From Thermodesulfobacteriota bacterium (lineage in GTDB: Bacteria > Desulfobacterota > Desulfobulbia > Desulfobulbales > SURF-16): a DNA stretch of 49,180 bases. The notes under the pieces are model-generated. The model was given only the letters and a program-made list of their open reading frames with translations. It was not told the origin of the DNA and did not search any database. How positions within the stretch are numbered: position 1 is the stretch's first letter; every line of letters starts with the position of its first letter. Shown one piece after another: positions 9,792 through 19,123 of the stretch. The stretch covers positions 1-49,180 of the forward strand of contig JBFMAY010000029.1 in the NCBI GenBank assembly GCA_040755455.1, given 5' to 3'. The translations under genes and the position numbers were made by a program.

Positions 9792-10505
9792 ATGAGCACG
9801 ATCAGCAGTCTGGGCAGTTCCATGGGCATGATGATGAATGCCCTGGCCATGCGGAAGCCCGATCAACAGCAGATGTTCGGCAATGTCGATACGGACGCAA
9901 GCGGCACGGTGGATCAGACCGAATTGACATCCTTTGCCGAGGGGTTGTATGAGAAAACCGGCATTGAGATCAACGCGGAGGAGGCCCTGTCCGCCTATGA
10001 CACGGATGGGGACGGGGGGCTCTCCCAGGAGGAAATGGAGGCGATGATGGGCGCCTATATGCCGCCCCCGCCGATCATGCCCGCCGCAGGCGAAGAGCCC
10101 GGCGGCACCGGCATGAACCGCGGGTCCATGCCTCCGCCGCCGGATAAGGAGGAGATGTTTGCCAACATTGATACGGACGCAAGCGGCACCATCGACGAAA
10201 CCGAGCTAGCCTCCTTTGTCGAACAGCTTGCCGAGGATACGGGCATTGAGATCAACGCGGAAGATGCCCTCACCACCTACGACACGGACGGGGACGGTGC
10301 CCTGTCGCAAGATGAGTTGGATACGATGATGGCTGGGAGTATGCCGCCGCCCCCGACACCCCCTCCCTCGCAGGTTATAGCCGCCTATAACCAGAACACC
10401 GGCGAGACCGACAGCGAGACCATTTCCCAGCTGCTGTCCCTCTTCGGCGATTTCGGGGATGAGGATCAGGGCTACTCGTATACGCCGTTAAGTATCAAGG
10501 CGTAG
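9792..10505 (+). CDS. EF-hand calcium-binding protein (4 EF hands, internally duplicated, Pro-rich linkers)
   Basis: Loops DTDASGTVDQTE, DTDGDGGLSQEE, DTDASGTIDETE and DTDGDGALSQDE; strong RBS aaggagg; no hydrophobic signal peptide. Confidence 0.9.
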   Translation: MSTISSLGSSMGMMMNALAMRKPDQQQMFGNVDTDASGTVDQTELTSFAEGLYEKTGIEINAEEALSAYDTDGDGGLSQEEMEAMMGAYMPPPPIMPAAGEEPGGTGMNRGSMPPPPDKEEMFANIDTDASGTIDETELASFVEQLAEDTGIEINAEDALTTYDTDGDGALSQDELDTMMAGSMPPPPTPPPSQVIAAYNQNTGETDSETISQLLSLFGDFGDEDQGYSYTPLSIKA

Positions 10506-10524
10506 AGGGAAAACTCAGGCAATG

Positions 10525-10577
10525 CCGGACAGGAGGCGGCCGGGCAATCACATGGCGCGCGGCCGTTTCCTGTCGGA
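10525..10577. terminator. GC-rich hairpin between the convergent EF-hand and kinase genes
   Basis: ccggacaggaggcggccg ... cggccgtttcctgtcgg imperfect inverted repeat; no clear U-tract. Confidence 0.5.
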
Positions 10578-10579
10578 CA

Positions 10580-11971
10580 TCAGCCGGCAAGGGGCAGGGT
10601 GATGATCACCAGCAATCCGCCTCCTTCAGCGTTGGCGGCCTTCATGTTGCCGCCATGCAGGCGGACGGCCCGTTCGGCAATGGCCAGGCCGATGCCGGTG
10701 CCGCCGCTGTTGCGGTCACGGGCCTCGGCCACCCGGAAAAAGGGTTTAAAGAGATGCCGCAGGCACCACTCCGGGGCGCCTGGGCCGTGATCACGCACCG
10801 CGATAACGGCCAGCCGCGCTTCCCCTTCCAGAACCGTTGAGCAGGATATCTCAACCTCGGTGTTGTCGCGGGTATAGCGCACCCCATTGCGTATCACATT
10901 TTCCAAAGCGCGGCGCAGCAGCTCCTGGGAGCCGTGCATGACCGCCCCGGCAGCACAGCCGGCCGCCAGCGTTACCCGGCGGTTGCGGCTGCCTGCCTCA
11001 AAATCCGCGTCAACCGTCACCGCCCGGAGAAGTTCCGGCAGATCCACGGTGTCTCTTTCCAGTTCCTGGGCCCCGCTTTCCAGGATGGTGAGGGTCATGA
11101 GCTGGCCGATCAGTTCATTGAGGCGTTCCGACTCCTTTTCGATGCGGGCCAGGGGCTGAGCGGCATTTCCGCCGGCCCGCTGCCGGGCCAGTTCCAGGGC
11201 CACGTTGAGCCGGGCCAGGGGCGAGCGCAGCTCGTGGGAGATGTCGCGCAGCAGCCGTTTCTGGGCCAGCAGCAGGCCCTCGATCCGCTCCGCCATGGCG
11301 TCGAAATCCCGGCCCAGGTCCGCCACCTCGTTGCCTTCGCGGCCCATGTCCCCGGCAACCCGCACCGAGAAATCGCCGCCGGCAATGCGGTTGGTCGCCT
11401 CCCGCAGCTTGCGGATGGGGGCGGTGAGCGAGCGGGCGAGGAAATAACAGACCAGACCGCAGGCAAGGGAGTAGAGCAGGATATTATCCCAGGGGGTATG
11501 ACGCGCGAGAGGGAAGGGGGGGCGGGGCGGTTCCGGTATCTTCAGGACAATGACCAGTGGTTGCCCGTCCTTGCCCCAATCCTGAGCAAGACGGCGGCCA
11601 AGCCATCGGTCCCCTGGCGGCGGAGGATGGTTTTCCTCTTCGCCGGCCATGATCCTTGCCGCGGTGTCACTGGCCTCGGCCGGCGCCTGCCGCCCGCAGA
11701 GAGAAGCGCCCGGGCCGGCAAAGAGATAGATGCTGATGCCGGATCGCTGCTCGATGTTGTCCACATAGGCGCGCAAACCATCCTGACCGCCTTCATGCCA
11801 GGCCGCAAGGGCTTCGTCGCCATACCTGGCCATGGCCTGCATGCTGAAATCGCGCATGCTGGGGAAGGGATGCTCCGGCCGGTTTTTGAGGCCCACGAAA
11901 TAGAACGGCACGCCCATCAGCACGATGGTCAGCCAGAAACTGAAGAATATCTTAAGAAATAAGCTGCGCAT
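10580..11971 (-). CDS. cpxA: CpxA-like sensor histidine kinase (2 TM, HAMP, HisKA, HATPase)
   Basis: MRSLFLKIFFSFWL start; QKRLLRDISHELRSPLARL H-box; ENVIRNG, DHGPG and FFRVAEARDRNSGGTGIGLAI. Confidence 0.8.
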   Translation of the reverse strand: MRSLFLKIFFSFWLTIVLMGVPFYFVGLKNRPEHPFPSMRDFSMQAMARYGDEALAAWHEGGQDGLRAYVDNIEQRSGISIYLFAGPGASLCGRQAPAEASDTAARIMAGEEENHPPPPGDRWLGRRLAQDWGKDGQPLVIVLKIPEPPRPPFPLARHTPWDNILLYSLACGLVCYFLARSLTAPIRKLREATNRIAGGDFSVRVAGDMGREGNEVADLGRDFDAMAERIEGLLLAQKRLLRDISHELRSPLARLNVALELARQRAGGNAAQPLARIEKESERLNELIGQLMTLTILESGAQELERDTVDLPELLRAVTVDADFEAGSRNRRVTLAAGCAAGAVMHGSQELLRRALENVIRNGVRYTRDNTEVEISCSTVLEGEARLAVIAVRDHGPGAPEWCLRHLFKPFFRVAEARDRNSGGTGIGLAIAERAVRLHGGNMKAANAEGGGLLVIITLPLAG

Positions 11972-11998
11972 GATCTCCGTGTGACGGCCGCGGACCGC

Positions 11999-12703
11999 TT
12001 ACGAAGCGGATTGGGCATAAAGGTAGCCCACGCCGCGTATCGTCTTGATCCGTTCCCGGCCGTTGACCTCCTGCCCCAGTTTTTTGCGCAGGCTGCTGAC
12101 ATGGACGTCGATGCTGCGGTCAAAGGTGGACAGTTTGCGGTCCAGCACCCTTTCGGTCAGCTCCTCCCGGCTCACCACCTGTCCGGCCATCTTGAGCAGT
12201 TCGTAAAGCAGGGAAAACTCAACCGTGGTCAGTTCGAGGTTTCCGCCGTTCTGCATAACGGACCTGGTGCCGGGATCAAGGCAGATATCGCCGGCGATCA
12301 GCTTCTCCGCCCGCATCTGCTGTCCGTCTTCGGGCAGGTGTGCCTCGCTGCGGCGCTGAATGGCCCTGATCCTGGCCAGCAGCTCGCGGGGGTTGAAAGG
12401 CTTGGGCAGATAATCGTCCGCCCCCATTTCCAGGCCGATGATGCGATCAATCTCTTCACCGCGGGCGGTGAGCATGAGCACCGGCACCGCCGAGCTGGCG
12501 CGGATATGGCGCAGGACCTCAAAGCCGTTCATGCCGGGCAGCATCACATCGAGCACCACCAGATCATGCTCCCCGGACAGGGCACAGGCGAGCCCCTGCT
12601 GGGCCTGATGCATTGCCGACACGGCAAAGCCTTCCGGCTGCAGATAGTCAACAAGCAGCTCGCATAACTCCGTGTCGTCATCGATCACCAGTATCCGGCT
12701 CAT
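11999..12703 (-). CDS. cpxR: CpxR-like OmpR-family response regulator
   Basis: Start reassigned to MSRILVIDDD (12703); LDVMLP, GADDYLPKPFNPRELLAR, FDRSIDVHVSSLRKKL and IKTIRGVGY. Confidence 0.82.
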   Translation of the reverse strand: MSRILVIDDDTELCELLVDYLQPEGFAVSAMHQAQQGLACALSGEHDLVVLDVMLPGMNGFEVLRHIRASSAVPVLMLTARGEEIDRIIGLEMGADDYLPKPFNPRELLARIRAIQRRSEAHLPEDGQQMRAEKLIAGDICLDPGTRSVMQNGGNLELTTVEFSLLYELLKMAGQVVSREELTERVLDRKLSTFDRSIDVHVSSLRKKLGQEVNGRERIKTIRGVGYLYAQSAS

Positions 12704-12745
12704 GGTCAGTATTTTTTCACTCCCCGTCAGGTCAGCAAGATTTTC

Positions 12746-12788
12746 ATTGTACTGATGCCTGTGCGAATTTGCTGTAAAGAATTGTAAA
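12746..12788 (-). promoter_or_regulatory. cpxR promoter: CpxR box plus -10 element (autoregulation)
   Basis: GTAAA-gaatt-GTAAA at 12774-12788; minus-strand TACAAT at 12751-12746. Confidence 0.75.
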
Positions 12789-13075
12789 GTTTTCGCAGGC
12801 AAAAGGGAGAAGGCGGGAGGCGGAATTCAGGGAACGGATTCGGCACCGGTGCGGCAAGCCCGGCAGGGCTAAACAGGACGGGGCTGGATGCCGATCATCG
12901 GATACTTTTCCCGGCGGGATTTGTCAACCCTGAAGAAAAGGCGGGTTTCACCCGCAGGGGCGATTCAATTGAAACTACAGATAGTTCACTAGATATTTAT
13001 TGACCTTGTCGCATGATTGCATATATATGATCCATATAACCCCTAAAGATTAAATGAAGAAAAATGGAGAGAGGT

Positions 13076-14395
13076 ATGCACAGGCACAGGATGGGAGTAA
13101 ATCTGTTGAAATTGATGGTATGTCTTCTAGCCATAGGACCATTGCAAATAGGGATCCCCACGGCTCATGCGGAAGAAGCTGTTGTCGAGCAGGCGGTTGA
13201 TGTTGACGCTTTGTTTGAGAAAGGCATGGATGCCAGGGAGGAAGGGAGGCTGCAGGATGCCATCATGGCCTTTCATTCTATCTTGAGCTCCCAGCCACTG
13301 CTGCACCGGGCTCGCCTTGAGCTGGCTGTTGCCTACTATAAATCCATGCAGTATCAGGATGCCATGGAGCAGGCCCAGAAAGTTCTCGATGATCCCCAGA
13401 CTCCGCCCAACGTCCGGGTAGCTGTTCTGGCTTTTATGGCCCAGGCGAAAACCGGGGCCTCCATGGTGGCCGCCCAATCATACTGGGACTTCCCAGTTTC
13501 CATCGGTTATCTGCATGACAGCAATGCCAATGTCGGTCCCGGCACCACTATTATTCCCGGCCTTGGTGAACTCGACCCCAATTCCGCGTCAACTTCCGAT
13601 AGCGCCAGGGTTGTCAACGTGGGCATTAATCATAATTATCAAACCGGAAAAATGTTGAACTGTGGGGAGATCCCGGCCATGTTTTTCTGGCAGAGCGGGG
13701 TCAATGTTTATGACAGAAGCTATTTTGATGAAGATGATTACAATTTAAATGTCATCAGTTTACGTACCGGCCCGGCTCTGATCACCAGAGGACAATGGCG
13801 GGCCAATTTGAATTTCCAGGAGGATATCATTGCCTACGGCGGTAACAAACTGGCGAATTATCACAACATTATGCCGAGCGTTACCCTGCACTTCCCCTAT
13901 GCAATAGAGGCCACCTTGGATGCCACCTTTACCTGGAGAGATTTTGAGCGCGACATCGATGAAGGCCGGGACAGCGACTATGTGGCTCCCCGTCTTTCCG
14001 TCGGCTACGTGACTCCTGATAAAAAAATAGCCCTCCAGGCAGGGGCGCAGTTGTTTGATGAAAATGCGGATGCAGACCGTTACGACAATGACGGATACAA
14101 TCTTTTCGGCGGCGTTTCCTGGAATTTTATCGAAAACGCCTTATGTTATTTTAATTACAATTACAGAAGTATAGAGTACGACGGCACGATCCTCGATCTT
14201 GATCTTGTCTTAAAAGAACGGGATGAGGATGAAGACACCGTGACAGTTGGAGCTTCCTACACATTTAAAACGGAAAATTTCCTGAACGACTGGACGTTTG
14301 ATGTCAAAGCCATGGAGATTAACTATGATTCAAACACCTATCTCTATGATTACGACAGAACCCAGTATGAGTTCACCCTGAGCAAGACTTTTTGA
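13076..14395 (+). CDS. TPR + outer-membrane beta-barrel protein (Slam / DUF560-like)
   Basis: Signal peptide ending AHA; N-terminal TPR (RARLELAVAYY...P.NVR); barrel begins GYLHDSNANVGP; alternating aromatic strands; C-terminal YDYDRTQYEFTLSKTF. Start chosen by RBS gagagg (the ORF opens at 13064). Confidence 0.75.
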   Translation: MHRHRMGVNLLKLMVCLLAIGPLQIGIPTAHAEEAVVEQAVDVDALFEKGMDAREEGRLQDAIMAFHSILSSQPLLHRARLELAVAYYKSMQYQDAMEQAQKVLDDPQTPPNVRVAVLAFMAQAKTGASMVAAQSYWDFPVSIGYLHDSNANVGPGTTIIPGLGELDPNSASTSDSARVVNVGINHNYQTGKMLNCGEIPAMFFWQSGVNVYDRSYFDEDDYNLNVISLRTGPALITRGQWRANLNFQEDIIAYGGNKLANYHNIMPSVTLHFPYAIEATLDATFTWRDFERDIDEGRDSDYVAPRLSVGYVTPDKKIALQAGAQLFDENADADRYDNDGYNLFGGVSWNFIENALCYFNYNYRSIEYDGTILDLDLVLKERDEDEDTVTVGASYTFKTENFLNDWTFDVKAMEINYDSNTYLYDYDRTQYEFTLSKTF

Positions 14396-14446
14396 TATGG
14401 CATGACAAACCTTACCCAAGGAGTTATGCCATGATGGCGTGAAGCA

Positions 14447-14479
14447 CAAAACCTGGTTCTTGGTGATCCAGGTTTTTTT
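14447..14479 (+). terminator. Intrinsic terminator after the barrel gene
   Basis: aaaacctgg-N11-ccagg followed by T7. Confidence 0.65.
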
Positions 14480-14492
14480 GTTTGACCTGGAA

Positions 14493-14530
14493 ATTCCATT
14501 TTTTTGGAATGGATTCCAGAAAAATGGAAT
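14493..14530. promoter_or_regulatory. Tandem palindromic operator-like site, ATTCCA-N6-TGGAAT x2
   Basis: attcca-tttttt-tggaat-gg-attcca-gaaaaa-tggaat; the whole 38 bp is also a 1-mismatch palindrome. Confidence 0.55.
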
Positions 14531-14704
14531 GGTGAGGCGACGCATGGAAGCTACCAAACAGGTCAGCAGGTGTAACACCCCGTAATCATGATACCTGTTA
14601 AATATTTTTACAGAAGGTCTGTTTTTTGCAGAATAAATGAGAAAGAAGCATCGATATTCCCAGTGATTCAGGATGAAATGACTAAGAGATAATGGAGGAT
14701 GACC

Positions 14705-16072
14705 ATGAAGAAAACGCGCAAAATATACCTGGCAACCACACTTGTCGCTCTGGCCTTGGCAGGGGGGCAGTCGGTATATGCCAAAGCACAGAACGCTGAT
14801 GAAGACGTACATAACTGGGGTCCCTGGGACAAGATGGTGAGCCCTGCCGCTGGTCCTGAAGCTGTGAACCTGAACCCGCTTGCCTTTGCTCTGCCCAATG
14901 ACTACGAGGAAGAAAGGGATGTCATCGATATCAGACCCGAGCCTCCTGTTCCTCCCGAACCCCCTCCCCCCCCTCCTCCTGTTGTGGGGCTTGTCTGCCC
15001 GGACGGCGCCTTATGCGGCTATGGCCAGACCAGCGAGTGGTCGTATAATAACGACTACAGCCAGGAATCCTATGATGGCGGCGAAGGCCCCATGAAGCCA
15101 TGGCAGGTAGCACTGGTTGTCGACAAGAACGGCGATCCCTCTGCCACGGACTGGTCGGCCGACAAGTTTCCGGATGCTTACAATTATTATAACGATACGC
15201 AATATTGGCGATATTCCCTTTCAGGTAGTTACGATTATGGCTACCCCGATCCCAACGGAGTAATCAGTTTGTTGGCCATGAACCTGCGGGATGAGTCAAC
15301 CCAAAAGACCGGCACCATGCCTTTTTACTATCCGCCTGATGTGAATTTCCCGGAGGAGGGAGCAACGGGATACAGTAATTATTATATTGAAAACTGGACG
15401 AATGTCGTTTGGGATGTTGAAGGCGGTGAGCGTAGCGAAAATATCTGGTTGGAAGTCAATCTCGTGCCGGTTCTTGGAGAAGAATCAGGAATCTACTATG
15501 TCTGGTATGGCCAGTCTTCATATGCAACCACCCGGGTGGATTGCGAGGAAGGCGACGAGGGCTGCTATGACAGCCAGACAAGAGAACAAATGTATGGGCA
15601 GTTTATTGTCGGCACCCCCACCACTCTTGCCCAGATGAATACCCAGATTGATGAGCGTGTCAATGCCGGCAATGTTATCGCTAACTATCGTGGCCAATCA
15701 GCATCTTGGAGCGGTTCCCAGGATGTGCGCATAAGGGTTAATTTCGGCAACAGCACCTGGACCGGCACCTGGAACGGTGGAGCGGATGGTGATACTTGGG
15801 TTGATAAATCCAACAATCATGTCTATAATGAGGTCGGCTTCAAGGCCAAAGGCGATGTTCTTGGCAATACCTTTGTCAGCAACTCGTTATCCGCCCTTGA
15901 CGGCACCGTTACCGGCAAGGTCCAAGGCGCCTTCTTCAATCCAAAGGCCAATGTTGTTGTCGGTGTTGTCGACATCGTCAAATCACGAACCGACGGCACC
16001 TATACCAAGGCCCCCCATGTCAGCACCTTTGCGGCAATGGAGGGTTATGTCAGACCAGAAGTACTTCGTTAA
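14705..16072 (+). CDS. Secreted protein with C-terminal TbpB/hemophilin-like beta-barrel (candidate Slam cargo)
   Basis: RBS GGAGG; SPI-type signal ending AKA; poly-Pro linker; C-terminus ANYRG...IRVNFGNSTWTG...F.AKG.V.GNTF...G.VQGAFFNPKANVVVG...F, the pattern of TbpB-type 8-stranded barrels. Confidence 0.65.
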   Translation: MKKTRKIYLATTLVALALAGGQSVYAKAQNADEDVHNWGPWDKMVSPAAGPEAVNLNPLAFALPNDYEEERDVIDIRPEPPVPPEPPPPPPPVVGLVCPDGALCGYGQTSEWSYNNDYSQESYDGGEGPMKPWQVALVVDKNGDPSATDWSADKFPDAYNYYNDTQYWRYSLSGSYDYGYPDPNGVISLLAMNLRDESTQKTGTMPFYYPPDVNFPEEGATGYSNYYIENWTNVVWDVEGGERSENIWLEVNLVPVLGEESGIYYVWYGQSSYATTRVDCEEGDEGCYDSQTREQMYGQFIVGTPTTLAQMNTQIDERVNAGNVIANYRGQSASWSGSQDVRIRVNFGNSTWTGTWNGGADGDTWVDKSNNHVYNEVGFKAKGDVLGNTFVSNSLSALDGTVTGKVQGAFFNPKANVVVGVVDIVKSRTDGTYTKAPHVSTFAAMEGYVRPEVLR

Positions 16073-16094
16073 ATTGAGTTGATACTTGTATGAG

Positions 16095-16138
16095 AAAGCG
16101 GGGAAGGGATTGCAATAATCTCTGCCCCGCTTTTTTTT
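16095..16138 (+). terminator. Intrinsic terminator
   Basis: aaagcgggg...ccccgc followed by T8, just after the 16072 stop. Confidence 0.85.
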
Positions 16139-16181
16139 ATATAATTATCTGCAAATGTGAGCAGAACAAAGAGAGAATGTA

Positions 16182-17552
16182 ATGCCTGTTGGTAATGTGC
16201 TCAGCACTGTTCCGGGTATACTCTGGCCTGCCCTGCCCGGTCCCCATGGAGCCAAAATGCTCTCCGTCCAGTACCAGTTGGAGCAGAGCCAGTGGCTTGC
16301 CGCTGACAAACTCAAAGCCGTCCAGCTGCTCCAGTTGTATCAGGTCGCGCACCATGCGGCGACATCTGTCCCGTATTATCAATCCCTTTTTGCCGAACAA
16401 AAAATAACAATCAGACAAGAGAACATTGAAGAGGTCTGGGCCGCCATTCCTCTTCTCACAAGGACAACCATTCAGGAACAGGGAAAGCGGTTGATAAGCA
16501 AAAATATACCCGCCTCCCACGGCAGCCTGCATAAAATCCAGACATCCGGCTCCACGGGCAGGCCGATAACCACCTTTGGCACAGCCATCACCTCTTTCAT
16601 GTGGCTCAGCTTAACCCTGCGGGATCATCTCTGGCATAAGAGAGATTTGTCGCGGATGTTTGCCGCCATCCGGCCCGAAGGAAACCTGGAGCCGGGGAAA
16701 GGAGTCAGCCGGCAGGGGTGGGGGCCGGCGACTGACGCAGTATTTGCCACAGGCCCTTCCGCTGCCCTCAGTGTTCGAACCTCCGTGGCCGACCAGGCTG
16801 CGTGGCTGCAAAAACAGGATCCTGCTTATCTCCTTTCGCTCCCTTCCAATGTGGCCGCCCTGGCTGAGTATTTTCTCAGCAGTCAGGAAACTCTGCCCAA
16901 CTTGAAAGAAGTCAGGACCTATGGCGAAATCGTCGGAGCAAATGTCCGGCAATTGTGCCGGCAGGCATGGAACGTCCCTGTGGTAGACATGTATACATCC
17001 CAGGAGGTGGGATACATCGCTTTGCAGTGCCCGGGGCACAAACATTATCATATCCAGAGTGAGAATCTGCTGGTCGAGATTCTTGATGGGGATGATAAAC
17101 CAGTTGCTCCCGGCGGAACCGGCAGGATTGTTCTGACAACGCTGCATAATTTTGCCATGCCGCTGATCCGGTATGTGGTCGGCGACTATGCCGAACTGGG
17201 AGAGTCGTGTCCCTGCGGACGCGGTTTGCCGGTCTTAAACAAGATCATGGGCCGAAAACGCAATATGCTTCTCCTGCCGGACGGCCGGCAGCACTGGCCC
17301 AGTTTCCCCGCCGACCTGTGGCAGGAGTTCTCTGGTATCCGGCAATTTCAGCTTATCCAGAAAGAGAAAGACTTCATTATGGTAAGGCTGGTTGCGGACA
17401 GACCTCTCTCCGGTTCCGCAGAAGACAGATTGACCTCTCTTCTGCGGGACAGGTTCGGCTATCCCTTTGTGATTCAATATGAATACGTCAACATCATCGA
17501 AAGATCAAAGGGCGGCAAGTTTGAGGATTTCATATCCGAAGTTGTGCCGTGA
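16182..17552 (+). CDS. Phenylacetate-CoA ligase family (PaaK/CapK-like) AMP-forming ligase
   Basis: TSGSTGRP, YTSQEVG, MPLIRYVVGD, CPCGRGLP and terminal GGKF motifs. Confidence 0.88.
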   Translation: MPVGNVLSTVPGILWPALPGPHGAKMLSVQYQLEQSQWLAADKLKAVQLLQLYQVAHHAATSVPYYQSLFAEQKITIRQENIEEVWAAIPLLTRTTIQEQGKRLISKNIPASHGSLHKIQTSGSTGRPITTFGTAITSFMWLSLTLRDHLWHKRDLSRMFAAIRPEGNLEPGKGVSRQGWGPATDAVFATGPSAALSVRTSVADQAAWLQKQDPAYLLSLPSNVAALAEYFLSSQETLPNLKEVRTYGEIVGANVRQLCRQAWNVPVVDMYTSQEVGYIALQCPGHKHYHIQSENLLVEILDGDDKPVAPGGTGRIVLTTLHNFAMPLIRYVVGDYAELGESCPCGRGLPVLNKIMGRKRNMLLLPDGRQHWPSFPADLWQEFSGIRQFQLIQKEKDFIMVRLVADRPLSGSAEDRLTSLLRDRFGYPFVIQYEYVNIIERSKGGKFEDFISEVVP

Positions 17553-17608
17553 TTTTTTTTGTATTCACTCAGGGTTTGCCGCACCTGTGACGAAAAGAGG
17601 CCCGGAGA

Positions 17609-18616
17609 CTATCGCTGGGTTTGCTGCAAAATATAGGCAATGGTGAGATTGTCAAATAGTGCGGATCCCGTCGAGATAAAGACGTAACGGTTTGGAGTAA
17701 GACCGTCTTTTCCCATTCGGATGAGAGAGAGCAAGTCTGTCACCCCTTTCTGCTGTATTCTTCCCTGACGCAGCCATAATTTCAGATCACCGAACCTGAG
17801 TGAATCCATCGTATCAACAAAAAAATCAGCATGTTCCGCCCAGACCGGATCAAGTTCGTGCTGACTGTCGCAGTCCGCGCCTAGACTGATAACAAGAGAT
17901 GCCTTGCAGTCGAACGGACCGCAGATGACAGAGCTGCTCGTTGTTGCGAGGATGATGATATCGGGGTCTTCCTGAAAGGGAGCAGAGACTGCGCGGCAGA
18001 CAGGGGCGTTCAGCTGACGGTTGAGCGCGATCGCGCATTTTTCCGCTTTGCCGGCAACCGGATCATAAAACAGCACCTGATCAATGCCGAAGACTGAGCA
18101 GATATAAAAAGCGCTGTAATATCCGACCCGCCCGGCGCCAAGGATGGTAATTTTCCTGGCATGCCCGCCGAGCAGGTCTACGGCAAGAGCAGCACAGATG
18201 CCTGTCCTGGCTGAAGAGAGCAGGCACGCTTCAAAAATGTGGCTGATGAAATTCTCCGCAGGATCGACAACAAATGCCTTGCCAACGGTGATCTGGTCAG
18301 GAATTAGCACTTGCCGGGTATTGGTTCCGACAATCTTGATGGTTTTTGTAACCTTGTTGTCAAGGCGGGTCACGCAGGGCATGACTCTGAAGTCGCCGTT
18401 GCCGTCTTGATCATCAAAGATCTGTTTGGGCGGCAGTATAAAAGAAATATCCCCCGCGGCGGCACCGGCGAGAGCCCGCCAGACAAACCGATAATAATGG
18501 AGAGGCTGTGACGTCAGGCGATGATGCACTTCCAGGTCGGTAAAATAAGTATATGGCTCGGGAGTGATGCGTAAAACCCCGATTAAATCTTCAGACATCC
18601 CGTTTGTCTTCCCCAT
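17609..18616 (-). CDS. Ornithine cyclodeaminase / mu-crystallin family NAD(P)-binding protein (divergent)
   Basis: VMPC, LSSARTG, GAGRVG Rossmann motif, LGAD...ELDP and STGSALFD. Confidence 0.8.
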   Translation of the reverse strand: MGKTNGMSEDLIGVLRITPEPYTYFTDLEVHHRLTSQPLHYYRFVWRALAGAAAGDISFILPPKQIFDDQDGNGDFRVMPCVTRLDNKVTKTIKIVGTNTRQVLIPDQITVGKAFVVDPAENFISHIFEACLLSSARTGICAALAVDLLGGHARKITILGAGRVGYYSAFYICSVFGIDQVLFYDPVAGKAEKCAIALNRQLNAPVCRAVSAPFQEDPDIIILATTSSSVICGPFDCKASLVISLGADCDSQHELDPVWAEHADFFVDTMDSLRFGDLKLWLRQGRIQQKGVTDLLSLIRMGKDGLTPNRYVFISTGSALFDNLTIAYILQQTQR

Positions 18617-18982
18617 GTGTTTTACTCAAATTCACCAATGATTTTATTTTCTTTCATATGGAAGAGAGCGGCAAAGACCTGCCGATCTTAATTTCCCCCG
18701 GAAAGACGAAGACGCTGCTTAGGGGCCTCTTACCCTGGCACGTGCATGCTTGTCCATGAAACTCACAGGCAACACGGAACCCAACAAAAAACATAGCAGT
18801 CGGATACTTTTTTCAGGGGAATTTGTCAATCCTAAAGAAAAGGTGGGTTTCTGCCGCCGATACAGAGGTGTAAAATTTTTTACAGACAAGTGCATGGAAC
18901 GCGATGCGCCTCTCTGTCTGACATCAACGCAGCGCCGCGTTACAAAAGGTATTTCTTATCCTTGTCAGTGATAAAAACTATC

Positions 18983-18998
18983 TGGCAGGGAATTTGCT
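18983..18998 (+). promoter_or_regulatory. Sigma54 (-24/-12) promoter of the S8 protease gene
   Basis: TGGCAGG-GAAT-TTGCT with exact GG-N10-GC spacing, about 125 bp before the ATG. Confidence 0.7.
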
Positions 18999-19123
18999 AT
19001 AAGTTCGCAGAACCATGGAGTAGGATGAGAGGCAGGAGGGTGGCGAAAATACGTGTGGAGCCGTGCGGGCTCGATTTGCAGCAGACTCCGCAATTTTATG
19101 CAACACAACAAAGGAGGAGAAAA

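Noticed and set aside
18736..18751. TGGCACG-containing possible sigma54 promoter
   Set aside because: GG-to-GC spacing is 9, not the required 10.
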